A stretch of DNA of 64,000 bases from Hamiltosporidium tvaerminnensis FI-OER-3-3 (lineage: Eukaryota > Fungi > Microsporidia): assembly GCA_022605425.2 (NCBI GenBank), contig JAKIMF020000001.1, positions 2,108,001 to 2,172,000 on the forward strand, in the 5' to 3' direction. Positions 49,690-62,329 of the stretch are shown here, one piece after another. Under the pieces are notes generated by a model that did no database searches, was not told where the DNA came from, and worked only from the letters and a program-made list of their open reading frames with translations. Every line of letters starts with the position of its first letter. Positions within the stretch are counted from its first letter, which is position 1. Position numbers and translations under genes: made by a program.

Positions 49690-50060
49690 TATGGTTTACG
49701 ACGAGTATATTTCTAAGCATTAATAATCCTAAACATATACAAACGTTGTTGTGGAATATTTTAAAAGAAAATGAAATTAAATGCTTCCTTGACCATCCAA
49801 ATCACTTGATGCAAACCTAATAGAACATCTTTGGACTTATATGAAAAAAAATTAAGTAATTTTACTTTTAAATATAAGAAGCGGCAAAAAAAATAATTGA
49901 AATTTAAAATTAAATTCCTATAATTTTCGTGCAAAACTTGGTATTTCTATGAAAAAAAAACGAGTATTAGCGGTTTTACGTTCTAGTTAATGGCATACTA
50001 AATATTAAATGGAAGTGTTCGGATTTTTTTGACTATTATTTTGTAAATTTAATATTTTTG
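49690..50060 (+). mobile_element. Tc1/mariner transposase 3' relic
   Basis: NNPKH...*PSKSLDANLIEHLW (cf. DNDPKH...WPSQSPDLNPIEHLW) and a terminal GHTKY*. Confidence 0.75.
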
Positions 50061-50212
50061 TTTTATATAGACAATATTGTATAAAATCATCTATGCTATA
50101 TGTTTAAAATATACTCATATTATACCTATTAGAATACTTAATTTAAGATGTTTTATATATGAATAATTTTATTAAAACATAGGTATCCGAATTTTTTTTG
50201 ACATAATACATG

Positions 50213-50967
50213 CAGGGATCTCCAAACTGCAGCCCGCAGACACTTTTCATCTTGCCCGCAGCCACGTTTTTCTGGCTCGCCACGATATATTTCTATTAAG
50301 TAGATTTTTTTAAGTATGGAAACAAAATAAAAAAATATAGATAAATCATACAAAAAAAATTGCAATTATAGATAAATTAGGCATTAATTTGTTGTACAAA
50401 GAAGATTAATAGAGTTTTCACTACATTTTTCAACTCGCAACTATTTTTTATTATTTTAATCCAAAGAATCAAAATGAAATAACAAAAATTATATGGCACA
50501 ATTTATTATTAATAAGATTGATATAGTTGAGATTTTTCGGTAATAATTGTTGAAATTTGAAGTTAAATTTGCAGTAGAAATTACCAATAACAACTTCAAG
50601 TGCTTATCTGTTAATTTAGATCTGTAATTGTTTTTTGTATATTTCATTTTAGAAAATGTTTCTTGGCACAAATGGTTGAGAGTCGAAAACGGAAATAAAA
50701 CCTCAAGCAAATATATTAACCTAATTAGATTGCGTAGCTGGAAACTTTTATAAAATTTCAGTAATTTATTTGTTTTTTTTAGATAAAAATATGGTTAGTA
50801 TACATGTTTATATTTATGAAAATCTATATGAAGATTTAAAAATATCAATAATTAAAATTGCAGAAATTTTTTTAAGTATTGGTGGCATAAAAAGTAATGA
50901 GTTCTCGCCCTCTGGACTTTTTTTAGGAGTCAATGAGACCGCGAACCATAAAGTTTGGAGACCCTTG
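50213..50967 (-). mobile_element. Internally deleted hAT (Buster/Charlie/SPIN-like) DNA transposon, 755 bp
   Basis: TIRs cagggatctccaaact (50213-50228) and agtttggagacccttg (50952-50967), 14/16 match. Internal ORF 50489-50710 (LFPFST..LCQETFSKMKYTKNNYRSKLTDKHL) is a hAT dimerization domain. Confidence 0.87.
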
Positions 50968-51849
50968 CCATAATGTATATAAGATTATCATAAGAGCAGT
51001 TTTAATTTATAATCTGAGCCTAAGTTAAGAGAAAAGAAATGAAACAATTTTGGATAAGTTAGAATGAATAATACTTGACGAATGTATGGTTCCAAAACTA
51101 TGCCTGAAAATAAGAAAAAATCAAACAATTTTGGTCTATATCGTGAATCCAATTCGGGTAGTGAAATCAAAAGAGAAATATTAATAGGGTTAATGCATGT
51201 GATGCGAATATCTTCTGATCCGGGTACAGTCACGTCATCATGTATGCACCCAATGGAAAAGAAGAAAAGCTATACCACGGAAAATATGAATGGATGCTAT
51301 GGAAAAGGGTCTGAGATGTTTAATATAATAAGTGAAAGATAAAGAAGAATTAATTGAAAAGTTAAGAAGGATCGACTCTTCAGGGGATTTAGCGCCACTT
51401 AATAATACTATAAATAACATTTATATTAAATCTAATAATATAATCAGAAATATATGGTCATAAAGACAAAATTTTCATTAATACTTTCTGGAGAATAGAA
51501 AGCTTTATGTAGCATAGTTGAAGTAAATAATATATATTATTTTATAACCAGCGGAAGCGTATGATTCGATTTAATTTGAAATGCTAAATATAATTCAGGA
51601 GAGTTTAAATGGAACATATTTAGATTTCTGTAAATAAATGATGAAAATACAGTCTAAACCTAAATCTGCAAGAATAAGAGAAAATCAAAAACTTAAAATT
51701 TGATTTAGATGTATTTTTCAGAAAAAAAGTGATTCATTATACAATCATATTGAAAAAAAGTCAATATACTTACTTACCTATTACGGCTTTCTTGTACCGT
51801 TTAGTGTTGAGTATTGCATTATGAAACGCTAACGTATTATGTAGCTGGT

Positions 51850-53500
51850 CAATGTTCTAGAATTTCCCAGATCTGATTTTATTTCATGAAAAGCGGGTTT
51901 TGAATGAGTTAAACCCTTTCACCCTTGGTCTTCCCTGTTGTAGTTGGCTTTCGCATGTTGTTTATAATGCTTTTTTCGGGATTATTTCATTTTTAATCAT
52001 AGTTAATATGTCCGAACGAAGGCAATTTTGGTCCATGCATTTTCTTCCACAAGGATTCCGTTTGAGGAGACTGCCTAATTCCTGGTTTATAACTTGGTCT
52101 CTATGATCAATTCTATTTTAATTCTCAGAAATCCCAGTTTGATATCTTGAATTCGTCTACTCCTGCTTAAATAAAATACCCAAGACTCCATTCAAAAATC
52201 AGGGTAGGAACATAAATAAAAGAGTATACACCCATCTTGATTTTGAAATGCCTCTTTCTTTCTTTCTTTCTAAAAATGATTTAAAAGTTCTCTCCTTAGT
52301 CATTCGATTGTGATGTTGAGGCATTTTTATCTTTTTCAGGTCTTCCATCTGCACTTGGAATTGTTTCAAGAAAACTCTTTGCTTGTAATTAAGTATTGTG
52401 AATTCTTCTTAGATATCATAATTGTGGTATATTGGGTTTGTTTATCTTTAGTTTTCTTCTCCTCGGCTCTGTTTTTTTAGATTCCTTGATTTTCATAAGT
52501 CTTGTTCTGAATTTAATAGCAGAGGTTCTTTCGGGTAACCTAATATCATTAGCACTACTGCCGTCTTTCTCATATTTCTCAACTTAAACTGTTTGGTTCT
52601 GTTTTTGCATTCAGCCTGTATATTGCGCATTAGAATGATAATTAAGTGATGGTTAGAATGTTTCTTGTCCTTTACCAGCGGACTTGATGAAATTCTCCAA
52701 GTAAAAGTTTCCTAATCCGACTTAGTCTCGAAAAATCTTGTAATAGCTTTGTATTCGTTTAAAAAAGATATATTGAACTCCTCGTTTAACTAAAACATTT
52801 TAATTCGAAACCCCTTACCGCTTCAAAGGCATTTTTTCAATCCATTATGCAAGTATGAACATCTTTTCCGCATTCTATGATTTTATCTGATACTTGTTTC
52901 TTGTGCGAAAATTAATCTCTGTTGCTACGGTCTTTTCAGAGCCCATATTCCTCTCTTCTAAAATATATTATACTTGACTCTTTGTTTTCTGTCAATATTT
53001 TGAAATGTTTTTTCTCGCTGCACTTATTAAGGCTATTTTTCTGTAGTTCAGACGGTTTCTGTTATTGCCTTTCTTGCATATGGGAGTTATGATAGGTATT
53101 TCCCGGTCTCTCGGTATAAAGACTTATCCCGAAGGTATTTTTATCATTTATAAAAAATTTTTCTCCGTCTTGCGTATGAATTTTACAAGCTCTGAAGCTT
53201 TTCTAATCTTCATTTTTTGTAAGGTTCCTAAATGTTCCTCGGTTATTTTCCTATCATTTTCAATTCCATTGTTATCTATGTAGTTTTCTTGTGCGTATAA
53301 ATATTTCGGGTGTAACTTTAACAAGTCAGAGAAGTGCTTTCCATTTTGCCATAATTAGTATTTCATCTCAAAAAGAATCCTTTCTTTGTTAAGAACAAAT
53401 TTTATTGGACGTTGTTGGGTTCTTGTCATTTCTTTAAGATTATATATAAGAGCTTGTGGTTACCTTAAATTTTTTTTCTCAAAAAACCTTCCAAAATCTT
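51850..53500 (-). mobile_element. Decayed RTE-clade LINE reverse transcriptase region
   Basis: IITPICKKGNNRNRLNYRKIALIS, YGL*KDRS, IMD*KNAFEAV, then FGHI...PKKAL...GRPR. Confidence 0.78.
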
Positions 53501-53862
53501 CCAGTTCGCCTTGAACTCAATATAGATTATAATATTCGTTCTTTATAAATATTTTTCAATCAAATCGAAAATATTTAATGATTAAATTCTGTATAAATCA
53601 TTATTGAATGCATTTTAATGAATAAGATAGGTTGAAAGATAATAGTTTGTTGGTAGTGGCCCATACAATATCCACTATATACGTTGAAATTTGTAACTCA
53701 AATATAATTTTACACAAATCTAAAGTTAAGTCAAGCAGGAAATAAATGTAAAGGCTAATGTTTTAAAAAATATTATGATATATTCCCACAAATTATTGGT
53801 TAAAATATAAAGTTTTTAGGATAAGTCTAAATTAACAAAAATGTCACTTTATTTAATAAACG

Positions 53863-54480
53863 TTAACAACAGAAACAAAAATACCATTTCTTTTCTTTTT
53901 TTGCAGTGCTTTTGTTAATTCGTATATGTTCGGCTGCTGCTTTGAATACTGCATCCACATTTTCACCGGTTTTGGCCGAGCATTCCAGAAAATTTGCAGA
54001 ATTAATTTCATTGGATATGTTCTGACCTTCTTCATAAGTTATTATTTTGTCTGGATTTATATCTGGTGTAGGAGTTGTTCTAATGTCTTTTTTCAGTCCA
54101 ATTAAAAAATAGCTGGCTGTAGGACAATAATTTTTTATTTCATAAAGCCACTTGTTCGAAATATTTGGAAGCATTGATCTATTTTCAATAGAGTAACACA
54201 AAAGTACTAAATCAGTATCTTTATAAGACAATGGTCGCACAGAATCATAATCTTCTTGGCCAGCAGTATCCCAAAGTGTTAACGTGACTGTGGTGTTTTC
54301 CTCGTCATCTAATACAACATCTTTTACAAAATTATCTACAACAGTTGGTATATATTCTTCTGGAAATCTATTCCGTTTAAATACTTCTAATAAACATGTC
54401 TTTCCACATGCACCATCTCCGACAACTACAACTTTTCCAGATTTATTAGTACTTTTATCGTCTTGCGGTTTTGCTTCCAT
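53863..54480 (-). CDS. Rho-family small GTPase (start probably ATG 54480)
   Basis: VVVGDGACGKTCLL, YIPTVVDN, LWDTAGQEDYD, GLKKD, ECSAKT; C-terminus CFCC. Confidence 0.93.
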   Translation of the reverse strand: MEAKPQDDKSTNKSGKVVVVGDGACGKTCLLEVFKRNRFPEEYIPTVVDNFVKDVVLDDEENTTVTLTLWDTAGQEDYDSVRPLSYKDTDLVLLCYSIENRSMLPNISNKWLYEIKNYCPTASYFLIGLKKDIRTTPTPDINPDKIITYEEGQNISNEINSANFLECSAKTGENVDAVFKAAAEHIRINKSTAKKEKKWYFCFCC

Positions 54481-56094
54481 ATGTTTGGTTCTTCTGCAAT
54501 TTTTATAAAAATCATTTAAGGAGAGAAACAACCAATCGCTTTATTCTAAAAGGAATAAATTTCCAAAATTGGAAGTGATTTTTATTGGTGCATGCTTAAT
54601 ATTAAAAACATATTTATTAGATTTTAAGATATATTTTGGTTATAAATATGAATAATTTTTATTTAATTTTAATTTATATAGACTCTTCAAAGTTGCTTTA
54701 AAAGACAAAATAAACTAGAATATTATCTAGTGATTAAAGTTTGCTTTTACGAACCAATAAAAAATGATTTTCTTGAAAAGTTTTAATTTATTCTTCTAAA
54801 TTGACCAGTAATTTTCAGAAGTATTAGATCTATCTTTTAATGATATATAATTGGTATATTTCATTTCAAAAATAATCTTTATCATTCAAAATTTTAAAAA
54901 AATCGTTTATTGGTTGTATGTTGGCTAAAACAGGAAGTTTTAATTCTTTTCAAGTATGAAACCTTTCCCAGATAATGAATGTGATTTCATTTTTTAAGAA
55001 TAAATTTAGATTTCATTTAAGACAATATTTTTGATCTATAATCATAACCATTTTTTGAACGATTAACGTGATAAATATATTAAAAATGTTTATATTCATC
55101 TTTCAGTTTGAAAAATCTGTTTTGTAATAAAAATTTTACTTTTGCGAATCCTACTTTTAACTTTTCAAATGAATTGTATTCAACCATGTTTTTAACAACT
55201 ATATTGTTGGTAAAAATATATTTTTGTTTAATCTGATTTCCAGTTTTTTTTGGCATCTAATATATATAAAAAACTTACAAGAAGCTGAATTATTTTGACT
55301 GCACACTTCTGTTGTTCTGTAAATTACTGTATTATCTTACTACGTAGAAAGAATATAACCAATTTAAAAACTATTTGGTTGTCAATGTTTGTGTGAAATT
55401 CGTGTGAAAATCATTGTTACCATTTTGGAAGGATATATACCACATTGGAACGATGGGTTGGTCTCATTTAATTCCGAGTTACAATAGATTATAAGAAATA
55501 ATTAGAAGACTTATATTTATTAATTCTAGACACCGAGAGGTAAAAGAGTAATGGAATAAGTAATTATCTATTCTAGTATATATTTATTTCCTATAAACGA
55601 ATGTAAATATAAATTGTATTTCTAGTATTTTTTTACTTGTTTTCAAAAAATATCTCTGTTTTAATTTAAATTCCTCAGTAAATAAATATAAAGAAATATA
55701 ATTCTTTACTACACTATATTTAATTTAGTTAACATTGATATAAGAACAAATTAAATAAATATAAATTTTAACATTAAGATATTGAGAAAAGCAAAATATA
55801 ATATAATATTATCATAAAAATAAATTTGGTTTAATTAAAAGAGCAGTTAAACTTTAAAACAACAATTATTTCACAGAGAAATATGAAAGACAGATTTTAT
55901 AAATTCAAAATAAAATTAGAATACTCAATATTAAATATAGTGAATCTTAAAATAGGAAACTTGAAAATGTTCAAAATAAAATATTTTATAAATCCTAGGT
56001 TTATTGAATCTAATAAATGAAATATGAATAAACAATTTTATACTTAAAAAAAAGCTGATTTTAGCTCAATTTTATTTTTAAAAATATATTTTTT

Positions 56095-57837
56095 TTAGAC
56101 ATTTTTATGAACATTGCTTGTAGCCTTTCCTAGTCTACATTGTTTAACATTTGAGGAGAATCTTAATGAGCAAATTGTTTCGTTTAAATGCATCCAATCC
56201 GGCGAAACATTTACAATCATAATTGTTCTACTTTTTCCTAAAAAATTATTTTTTAATAAATATGTAAGTTTTGAATCTCTAAAGGCTATATGGCTATCTT
56301 TTTTTATTAAAGAATTTATAACATTCCCAAGACATGCCAAGCTTTTATTTATATTTTGTGTTTCCACCAAACGTATTTTTTCACATTTCGATTCCGATAA
56401 TCTTTCTGATCCAGCAAGATCAATTAAATTTAAAATTCCTTGTCTTTTTTGATTTGTAACAGAATTACAAAGATTTATTTTTAATGTAAAAATCGAATGA
56501 CTTCTACTCGATCTTTCATTTACAAATGTGACGCCTGTTGTTCTATTTTCCAATGCCTTTTTAAAATGTCTAGTAAAATCTTCTAGGGTTTCTATAACTT
56601 TGTATGTACAGTTTGTTATATAGGTCTCGTCATTTTCATGTCTAATATCACATTTTTTAGTATTATTTGCTAATAAATCTACAATATTTTCATTATAGAT
56701 TTCTACAAACGAAATAATATATTCAAATTTCCAATTATTTTTTGATAGTTCTTTTGAAACTTCAAATATTTCTGAAACAGATCTTGGAATAATTCCTGGA
56801 TTATCTTCAATTCCGTCCATCGTATAAGTTTTACCACTTCCTGTTTGTCCATATGCAAATATACAAACTTTGTAGCCATCAAGAATAGATCGTATTAGGA
56901 ATGATATTTCATCATAAACTTGAAGTTGATCACATTCTGGACCAAAAACCTTGTCAAATAAGAAATTATGTGTTTTAATGTTAAAATTATTATAACTCGA
57001 TTCAATTTTTTCTTTGATTGTTATTTTATCATCAGAATATTCAATCTCATAATTTTTAGAATCAGTATTTTTATAAAATTTAGGTCTGATTCTACAAAAT
57101 ACTCTGATTGCCCCTTTAAGATCTATTATTTCTTCTATTAGTTTTCTTTCTTTCATTTTAAAAATTTCAATTTTTTCCTCCATTTTTTCTAAATTCTTTA
57201 GTTTTAATTCAAGAACACTTTTATTTTCTTGTAAATCTAGAATTTTTTGTTGCTTAATTTGTATTTCATTTTCTTTATTTTTCAACAAATTTTTCATTTC
57301 ATTTAATTCTTTCATATAATTTTCATTCTTTATCTTAATTTCTTCTAAATATTTATTATTTTCTGATTTAAACGACTCAATCACATATTTATGTTGTAAA
57401 TCATTGTTTTCATTTTCTTCTTTCAAATTAACAATTTCTTGATTTTTTTCAACTATTTCTGATTCCAATTGCTTCAATTTCATAGATAATTCATCTATAA
57501 AAACATATAAAGTATCAAGTTTTTTCTTGGTTAAATCATCTGTTTCTAATTTGTTTTGATCGCATATAATATGCTTTAAATTATGATTCGTGTCATATAA
57601 ATTATCACAGTTGTTCATATGACACCCACAGTTTTCATTACTACAGTTTTCAATAAGTGTTTTAGGTGTATTCTTAATATTTTCATTTTCTACATCTATA
57701 TTTTTTAAAAACGAATCATTTCCTATATTATCTATTTCTTTATTCATAAAAACTAATCGAGAACGTAAATCATTAAAAATCTTCTCTACTTGATCTATTT
57801 TTATATTTATGTTTGAATCTTTATCTTTGAAATACAT
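56095..57837 (-). CDS. KAR3: Kinesin-14 (Kar3/Ncd-like), C-terminal motor
   Basis: Coiled coil, then LKGAIRVFCRIRP, FAYGQTGSGKTYTM, NERSSRSH, LIDLAGSER, FRDSKLT. The first true ATG is at 57837. Confidence 0.92.
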   Translation of the reverse strand: MYFKDKDSNINIKIDQVEKIFNDLRSRLVFMNKEIDNIGNDSFLKNIDVENENIKNTPKTLIENCSNENCGCHMNNCDNLYDTNHNLKHIICDQNKLETDDLTKKKLDTLYVFIDELSMKLKQLESEIVEKNQEIVNLKEENENNDLQHKYVIESFKSENNKYLEEIKIKNENYMKELNEMKNLLKNKENEIQIKQQKILDLQENKSVLELKLKNLEKMEEKIEIFKMKERKLIEEIIDLKGAIRVFCRIRPKFYKNTDSKNYEIEYSDDKITIKEKIESSYNNFNIKTHNFLFDKVFGPECDQLQVYDEISFLIRSILDGYKVCIFAYGQTGSGKTYTMDGIEDNPGIIPRSVSEIFEVSKELSKNNWKFEYIISFVEIYNENIVDLLANNTKKCDIRHENDETYITNCTYKVIETLEDFTRHFKKALENRTTGVTFVNERSSRSHSIFTLKINLCNSVTNQKRQGILNLIDLAGSERLSESKCEKIRLVETQNINKSLACLGNVINSLIKKDSHIAFRDSKLTYLLKNNFLGKSRTIMIVNVSPDWMHLNETICSLRFSSNVKQCRLGKATSNVHKNV

Positions 57838-58837
57838 GGACAAATAAAAAAAAGGTGGTTTAATTTTTTTTTAGTTTTTTATTTTATAAAGGTTTTGTAA
57901 TATAGCAATCAAGGAAAATAAAAAGTTTTTTTAAAAAATAATTCATTTTGCGGTATTTTGAATTACATTTGAATTTAGCAAATATTTTTTTGGTAATTCA
58001 TATATAAATTCGTCTTTTTCAACTTAATATGCTTTGTTTTAGTTTTATAAGTACAGAATTTTAAATTCGTTTTTTTTGTTAATTTTTTATAATCATTCAT
58101 AAGAGAATTATTGTAATAAAATTATATTTTTGTAGGAAACAACATTCTGTTTTATAAGATAAAAATAAAGCAAATCCTGTATAATAACATTTAAAATAAA
58201 CTCGTATTTATATTCTTATTAAATAAACCTGTGGAAGGTAATTTAAACACTGAATCTATTTATAATACGGATAATATTAAGTAATAAGCTATAAGGTCTA
58301 ATAAATCTGGTTTATGCTTTGCTAAACATATTTCAAATTTGGTTTGTTAGCCTTGGATAATTAAAATTTTAAATAGCCTTCAAATTCGTTTATTTATAAA
58401 AAACGCATTCAAATTTTTATTTAACTCAAAAAAATTAAAATTCTTAGGCCAAAGTAATCATATGTGATAACAAATTAAGGATCTTAGGTTCATAAGTTTT
58501 GGAATACACTTCTTACATTAGTTTAGAAGAAAAAAGCCTTTCGGCTCTTGATATTAGTTTTTTTTGTATTATTGCAAATCCAACTTGTTGGCCTTTTCAT
58601 ACATTCAAACACTAGAAATATTTGCAAACACTGATTGTTTCTGAATAGATGCAGTATTCTACACCATTTGTTCTATGATAGGAATTTCTTAATTAATCTT
58701 AAACTAAACAATAATAAGATTGCGTATAGTATTCTAGCATAACTTATATCATATTTCCTTAATTTCCAAAAACTTCCGTTATACGCAAACAAGAAATGGT
58801 TTGTCATAAGAAAACCTGATAATGCAATATTTCAATA

Positions 58838-59940
58838 TTTTTATTGAATATATTTTCTGGGTTAACAAATTTTATATCTATTATATATTATTTTCTATCA
58901 TTTTAACCACATACTTATTCTCTATTAAATCCGACTCTTCCATAATGTTTATTGCCGATTCCTTCACTGTGATTGCGCCATCTGAAATAATTGAGTGTAA
59001 GATATTTTTCGTATTTTCTGTTTTAACACCATCTTCCTCATTCTTCCCTGCTTTTAAAAGGGGTTTTAGTTCCCCATGCATCTCGGCTCTCTTAATAACA
59101 CCCATTGACGCACTTTTCAGCTCTTTTCGGTATTTAGTCCAGACTCAAGGTCTCTTCGTCGATCAAAGTAAAATATTTCGAATGTCTTCTATAGTACGAT
59201 TGACTGAATCTATTCCTCTATATTCATGGGATTTGCAGTTTCTAGATTATTGATCTATGGTATATTATTATAATACTGACCCAGGTCACCACATAAGGCA
59301 TTATCTCTACACTACATTTATAAATAAGATTTAACTCGTTTTCTAATGTGTTATACGTTCTAAGCTTCTCAGTTTCAACTACTTGAAGCAATCTTGAGAT
59401 GTGATTCCTACTTCAACGAGGGTTATCCCATTCAGCCTCTTATTCCAAATAAATATATCAAGTCTAATATTCTGAATATTGCCATAAGTCTTTATCCTGG
59501 TTTCCACTCTTATCCCCGCGTATTTTTTTCAATGATTTCCTAAATTGAGTGGTTCCTAATTCTTTCCAAAGGTTAGAATCAATCTATTTAGAAGGAAATC
59601 GGACATTTAATCAGTTCATTATGCAGTTTGAGGCAGTCATATCCCAGTATTTCCTCAAATCGAGTAGTCAAATAGTCTAAATTTTTGGCAGATTTATTGC
59701 AGTGTTGCTACATAGCTTTCGCTCTGTAAAAGACATCTTCCTCACGTAACCTAATATTCCCATTCTTTATCCATCTTAAAGAACCACTAAAACTTACAAG
59801 CTCATTTTTCCTTGCATTATATAACTTTGAATGGAGTTTTCGTTTTTCTATTTCGTTGTATAATTTTGCAAGTTGGACTTCCTCTGAATTCCTTTTAGTA
59901 TCCTATTCTTCCAACCTATAGTTTATATTCAAGAGTTTAT
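58838..59940 (-). mobile_element. Decayed 3' portion of the R4/Dong-like element
   Basis: KRKLHSKLYNARKNELVS, LVEVGITSQD and IMPYVVTW remnants, tail ORF 58881-59105, and the family 3' end. Confidence 0.85.
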
Positions 59941-60095
59941 ATTTTTATTACGATTTCGGCTCAATTAATTCATACAAAACACAAATAAAAGAAGTGACAA
60001 ACCATTTCTTTAACAAATTGCTTTTTCATTTTTTTTGCACATACAAGAAAATTTAGAAAAATTTTATTTTTAATTTAATAAAAAACCCCTTAAAT

Positions 60096-61592
60096 ATGAA
60101 AGATAACAGCACCACTTCAATAAATACCGAAAATACAGAAATAGTTAATAATGATTTAAACGAAAAGAATACAAATTCTTTAGAACTTAGTTCCACAATA
60201 ATACAACTATTAATTGAACTTAATGAAAGAGATTATGATAGTTCATTTAACCAAATCATTGAATACCTAGAAACTCATGATTCCAATTTTGTAGAAATAC
60301 TGATACAAATTATTGTAGAAGTTCCTTATAACTTTTATTTATATTCTTTACTTATTATCGACATTTCTTCTTCATTAAAATCGTTTGGAATTAAATTTTC
60401 AGAAAAAATAAATTTTTATCATAAAAAACTTGTTAAAGACAATGATGCATTACTTTTAGTATCTTTTTATAGAACAATAAATATATTGGAATTTGTAGGT
60501 TTCTTTAAACCAAATCAAGTAAAAAAGTTTTTAAATGATGAGGAATATAACCAAATATCATTATTCGTCACTGGATGTAAAAGTATACAGCATTCTTTAA
60601 AAGGAATGGATTTCGAAGAAAATAAAAATTTTGAATTTGATTTAGAAAATGATATTTTCTATTCCGATGAATTAAAAAAAGAATTAATTAATTTACAGAA
60701 ATATAAAAAATTTATGGAGATTTTTGGAATAGAAAATGGAGATTTTATTGTTTCAAAACAAATAATTGATAAATTCTCTACGAGTTATAAAGAATCTTGT
60801 TTTCAGTTTTATTGTTACTTTCAAAAAGAGTATTATGATTCTTTAATTCTGTCAATAATTAATGGAGTTGTAGAAGATAAAATAGATCTGCCGTTATATA
60901 TTTATATCTTCAAAAAAATGGGAATGTACGAAAATTTTCTAACAAATTATTATGATTTAATACTAAAAATTAGAAATAAAAAAACAGAAATTATCGATTT
61001 TTATGACAAAATAATCAAATTTATAAATATTTCTATGGCTTTTATATTTGAAAATTTTCATAATTTACCAGAAAAACATAGTAGTTTTTACGCTGAACAA
61101 GTTTCTTACAGACCTGAAAATGACAAGGGATTATCTGAAATGTTTAAAAGTCTATTAAATCCTTCGATTATAAATGAAATGATGAAAATATCTAATAGTA
61201 ATGTACTTATAGATTTTCTTCCACCAAAATACAAAAATATTGTATTTATTGCTGAAATATATGAAAATACACCTCAAAGTATTGAATTGAAAAGAATAAT
61301 CAATGAAAATGATTTTGAAAAGTTAAAAGAAATGGATAAAAAAGAATTTTATAAGGCATTTATGGTATTAGCATCACCTTCAATATCTCATTTTTTAACT
61401 TATTTTGAAATTTTAAAAAATTATTTTGTAATGAATTCAGACGAACAACGAATTTTTTGTACGGTTTTTATTGAATATTTCAATGATTGGAATAGTTATA
61501 AAAGAATAGTTTGTGAAAAATTAATTGAAGCACAATTTATTGAGGAGACAATAGCAAAAGAGTTTCTATATTTGTCTTCTATTGATAATTAA
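60096..61592 (+). CDS. Helical-repeat protein, possibly a reduced nuclear cap-binding subunit CBP80/Sto1
   Basis: 498-aa ORF with cccc before the ATG. LIQIIVEVP...LYSLL and ASPSISHFL.YFE...Q.IF...F......IVCEKL resemble recalled CBP80 MIF4G segments. Confidence 0.45.
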   Translation: MKDNSTTSINTENTEIVNNDLNEKNTNSLELSSTIIQLLIELNERDYDSSFNQIIEYLETHDSNFVEILIQIIVEVPYNFYLYSLLIIDISSSLKSFGIKFSEKINFYHKKLVKDNDALLLVSFYRTINILEFVGFFKPNQVKKFLNDEEYNQISLFVTGCKSIQHSLKGMDFEENKNFEFDLENDIFYSDELKKELINLQKYKKFMEIFGIENGDFIVSKQIIDKFSTSYKESCFQFYCYFQKEYYDSLILSIINGVVEDKIDLPLYIYIFKKMGMYENFLTNYYDLILKIRNKKTEIIDFYDKIIKFINISMAFIFENFHNLPEKHSSFYAEQVSYRPENDKGLSEMFKSLLNPSIINEMMKISNSNVLIDFLPPKYKNIVFIAEIYENTPQSIELKRIINENDFEKLKEMDKKEFYKAFMVLASPSISHFLTYFEILKNYFVMNSDEQRIFCTVFIEYFNDWNSYKRIVCEKLIEAQFIEETIAKEFLYLSSIDN

Positions 61593-62329
61593 ATACTTTG
61601 TTTTGTTCTTTAATTGTCGAAATATAAAAATATTTTTTTTAGTTAAAATGTATTTTTCTTAAAAAAAAGCTTGTTTTTTACATCTTTAATTATATTTAGA
61701 TAATTCACTTAAAAAAAATTTAAGTTTTATATTTCTTTTCAAACAATTATAAATTATTTTACACGTATTAAAGAGGTTGGTATCGATTTTTGATTTTAAT
61801 TCAACTCTGTTTTTTTATTTTTAATTTAAACAATAAATCGTTTAAATAGATATTTTTTTTATTAAAAAAACTTTAAATAAGTCATAAACCTTATAATATA
61901 GATACAAATTATTCTTTCTATTCTCTTTTGTTTCTCTTTAAAAAAATAAAATACCCTTAAATGAAATACATTAAACGAGATAAACCTTATTAATAAAGAT
62001 AACATTTAAATATCTTAGAATATAAAATGGCCAACCAAATAAGATAAGTTTTATCTTAGAAAAATACTTTAAAAATTACTTAGTTATATTTTTATTGATA
62101 CTATAGAATTTAAATTCAATTTTATTAAGATGATGTTTTTATTTCTAAAATAAAAAATTCTAGAGTGTCTATAATTTGAAATTCTTAAGTTTTAAGTTTT
62201 TTTGAAATATTTGATAATATAAAATATATATTGATATTCAAATATATTTATTTAAAAATATCACATCTTTTTACAAAGTAGCAAGTATTATATTTGTTTT
62301 CATGACTTTAACGCAGTTCTAGGTTTAAA

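Noticed and set aside
27990-54480. Functional cluster of RhoGAP, cofilin and Rho (or ABD1 with CBP80)
   Set aside because: The genes are spread over tens of kb among unrelated genes and TEs, with no evidence of co-regulation.
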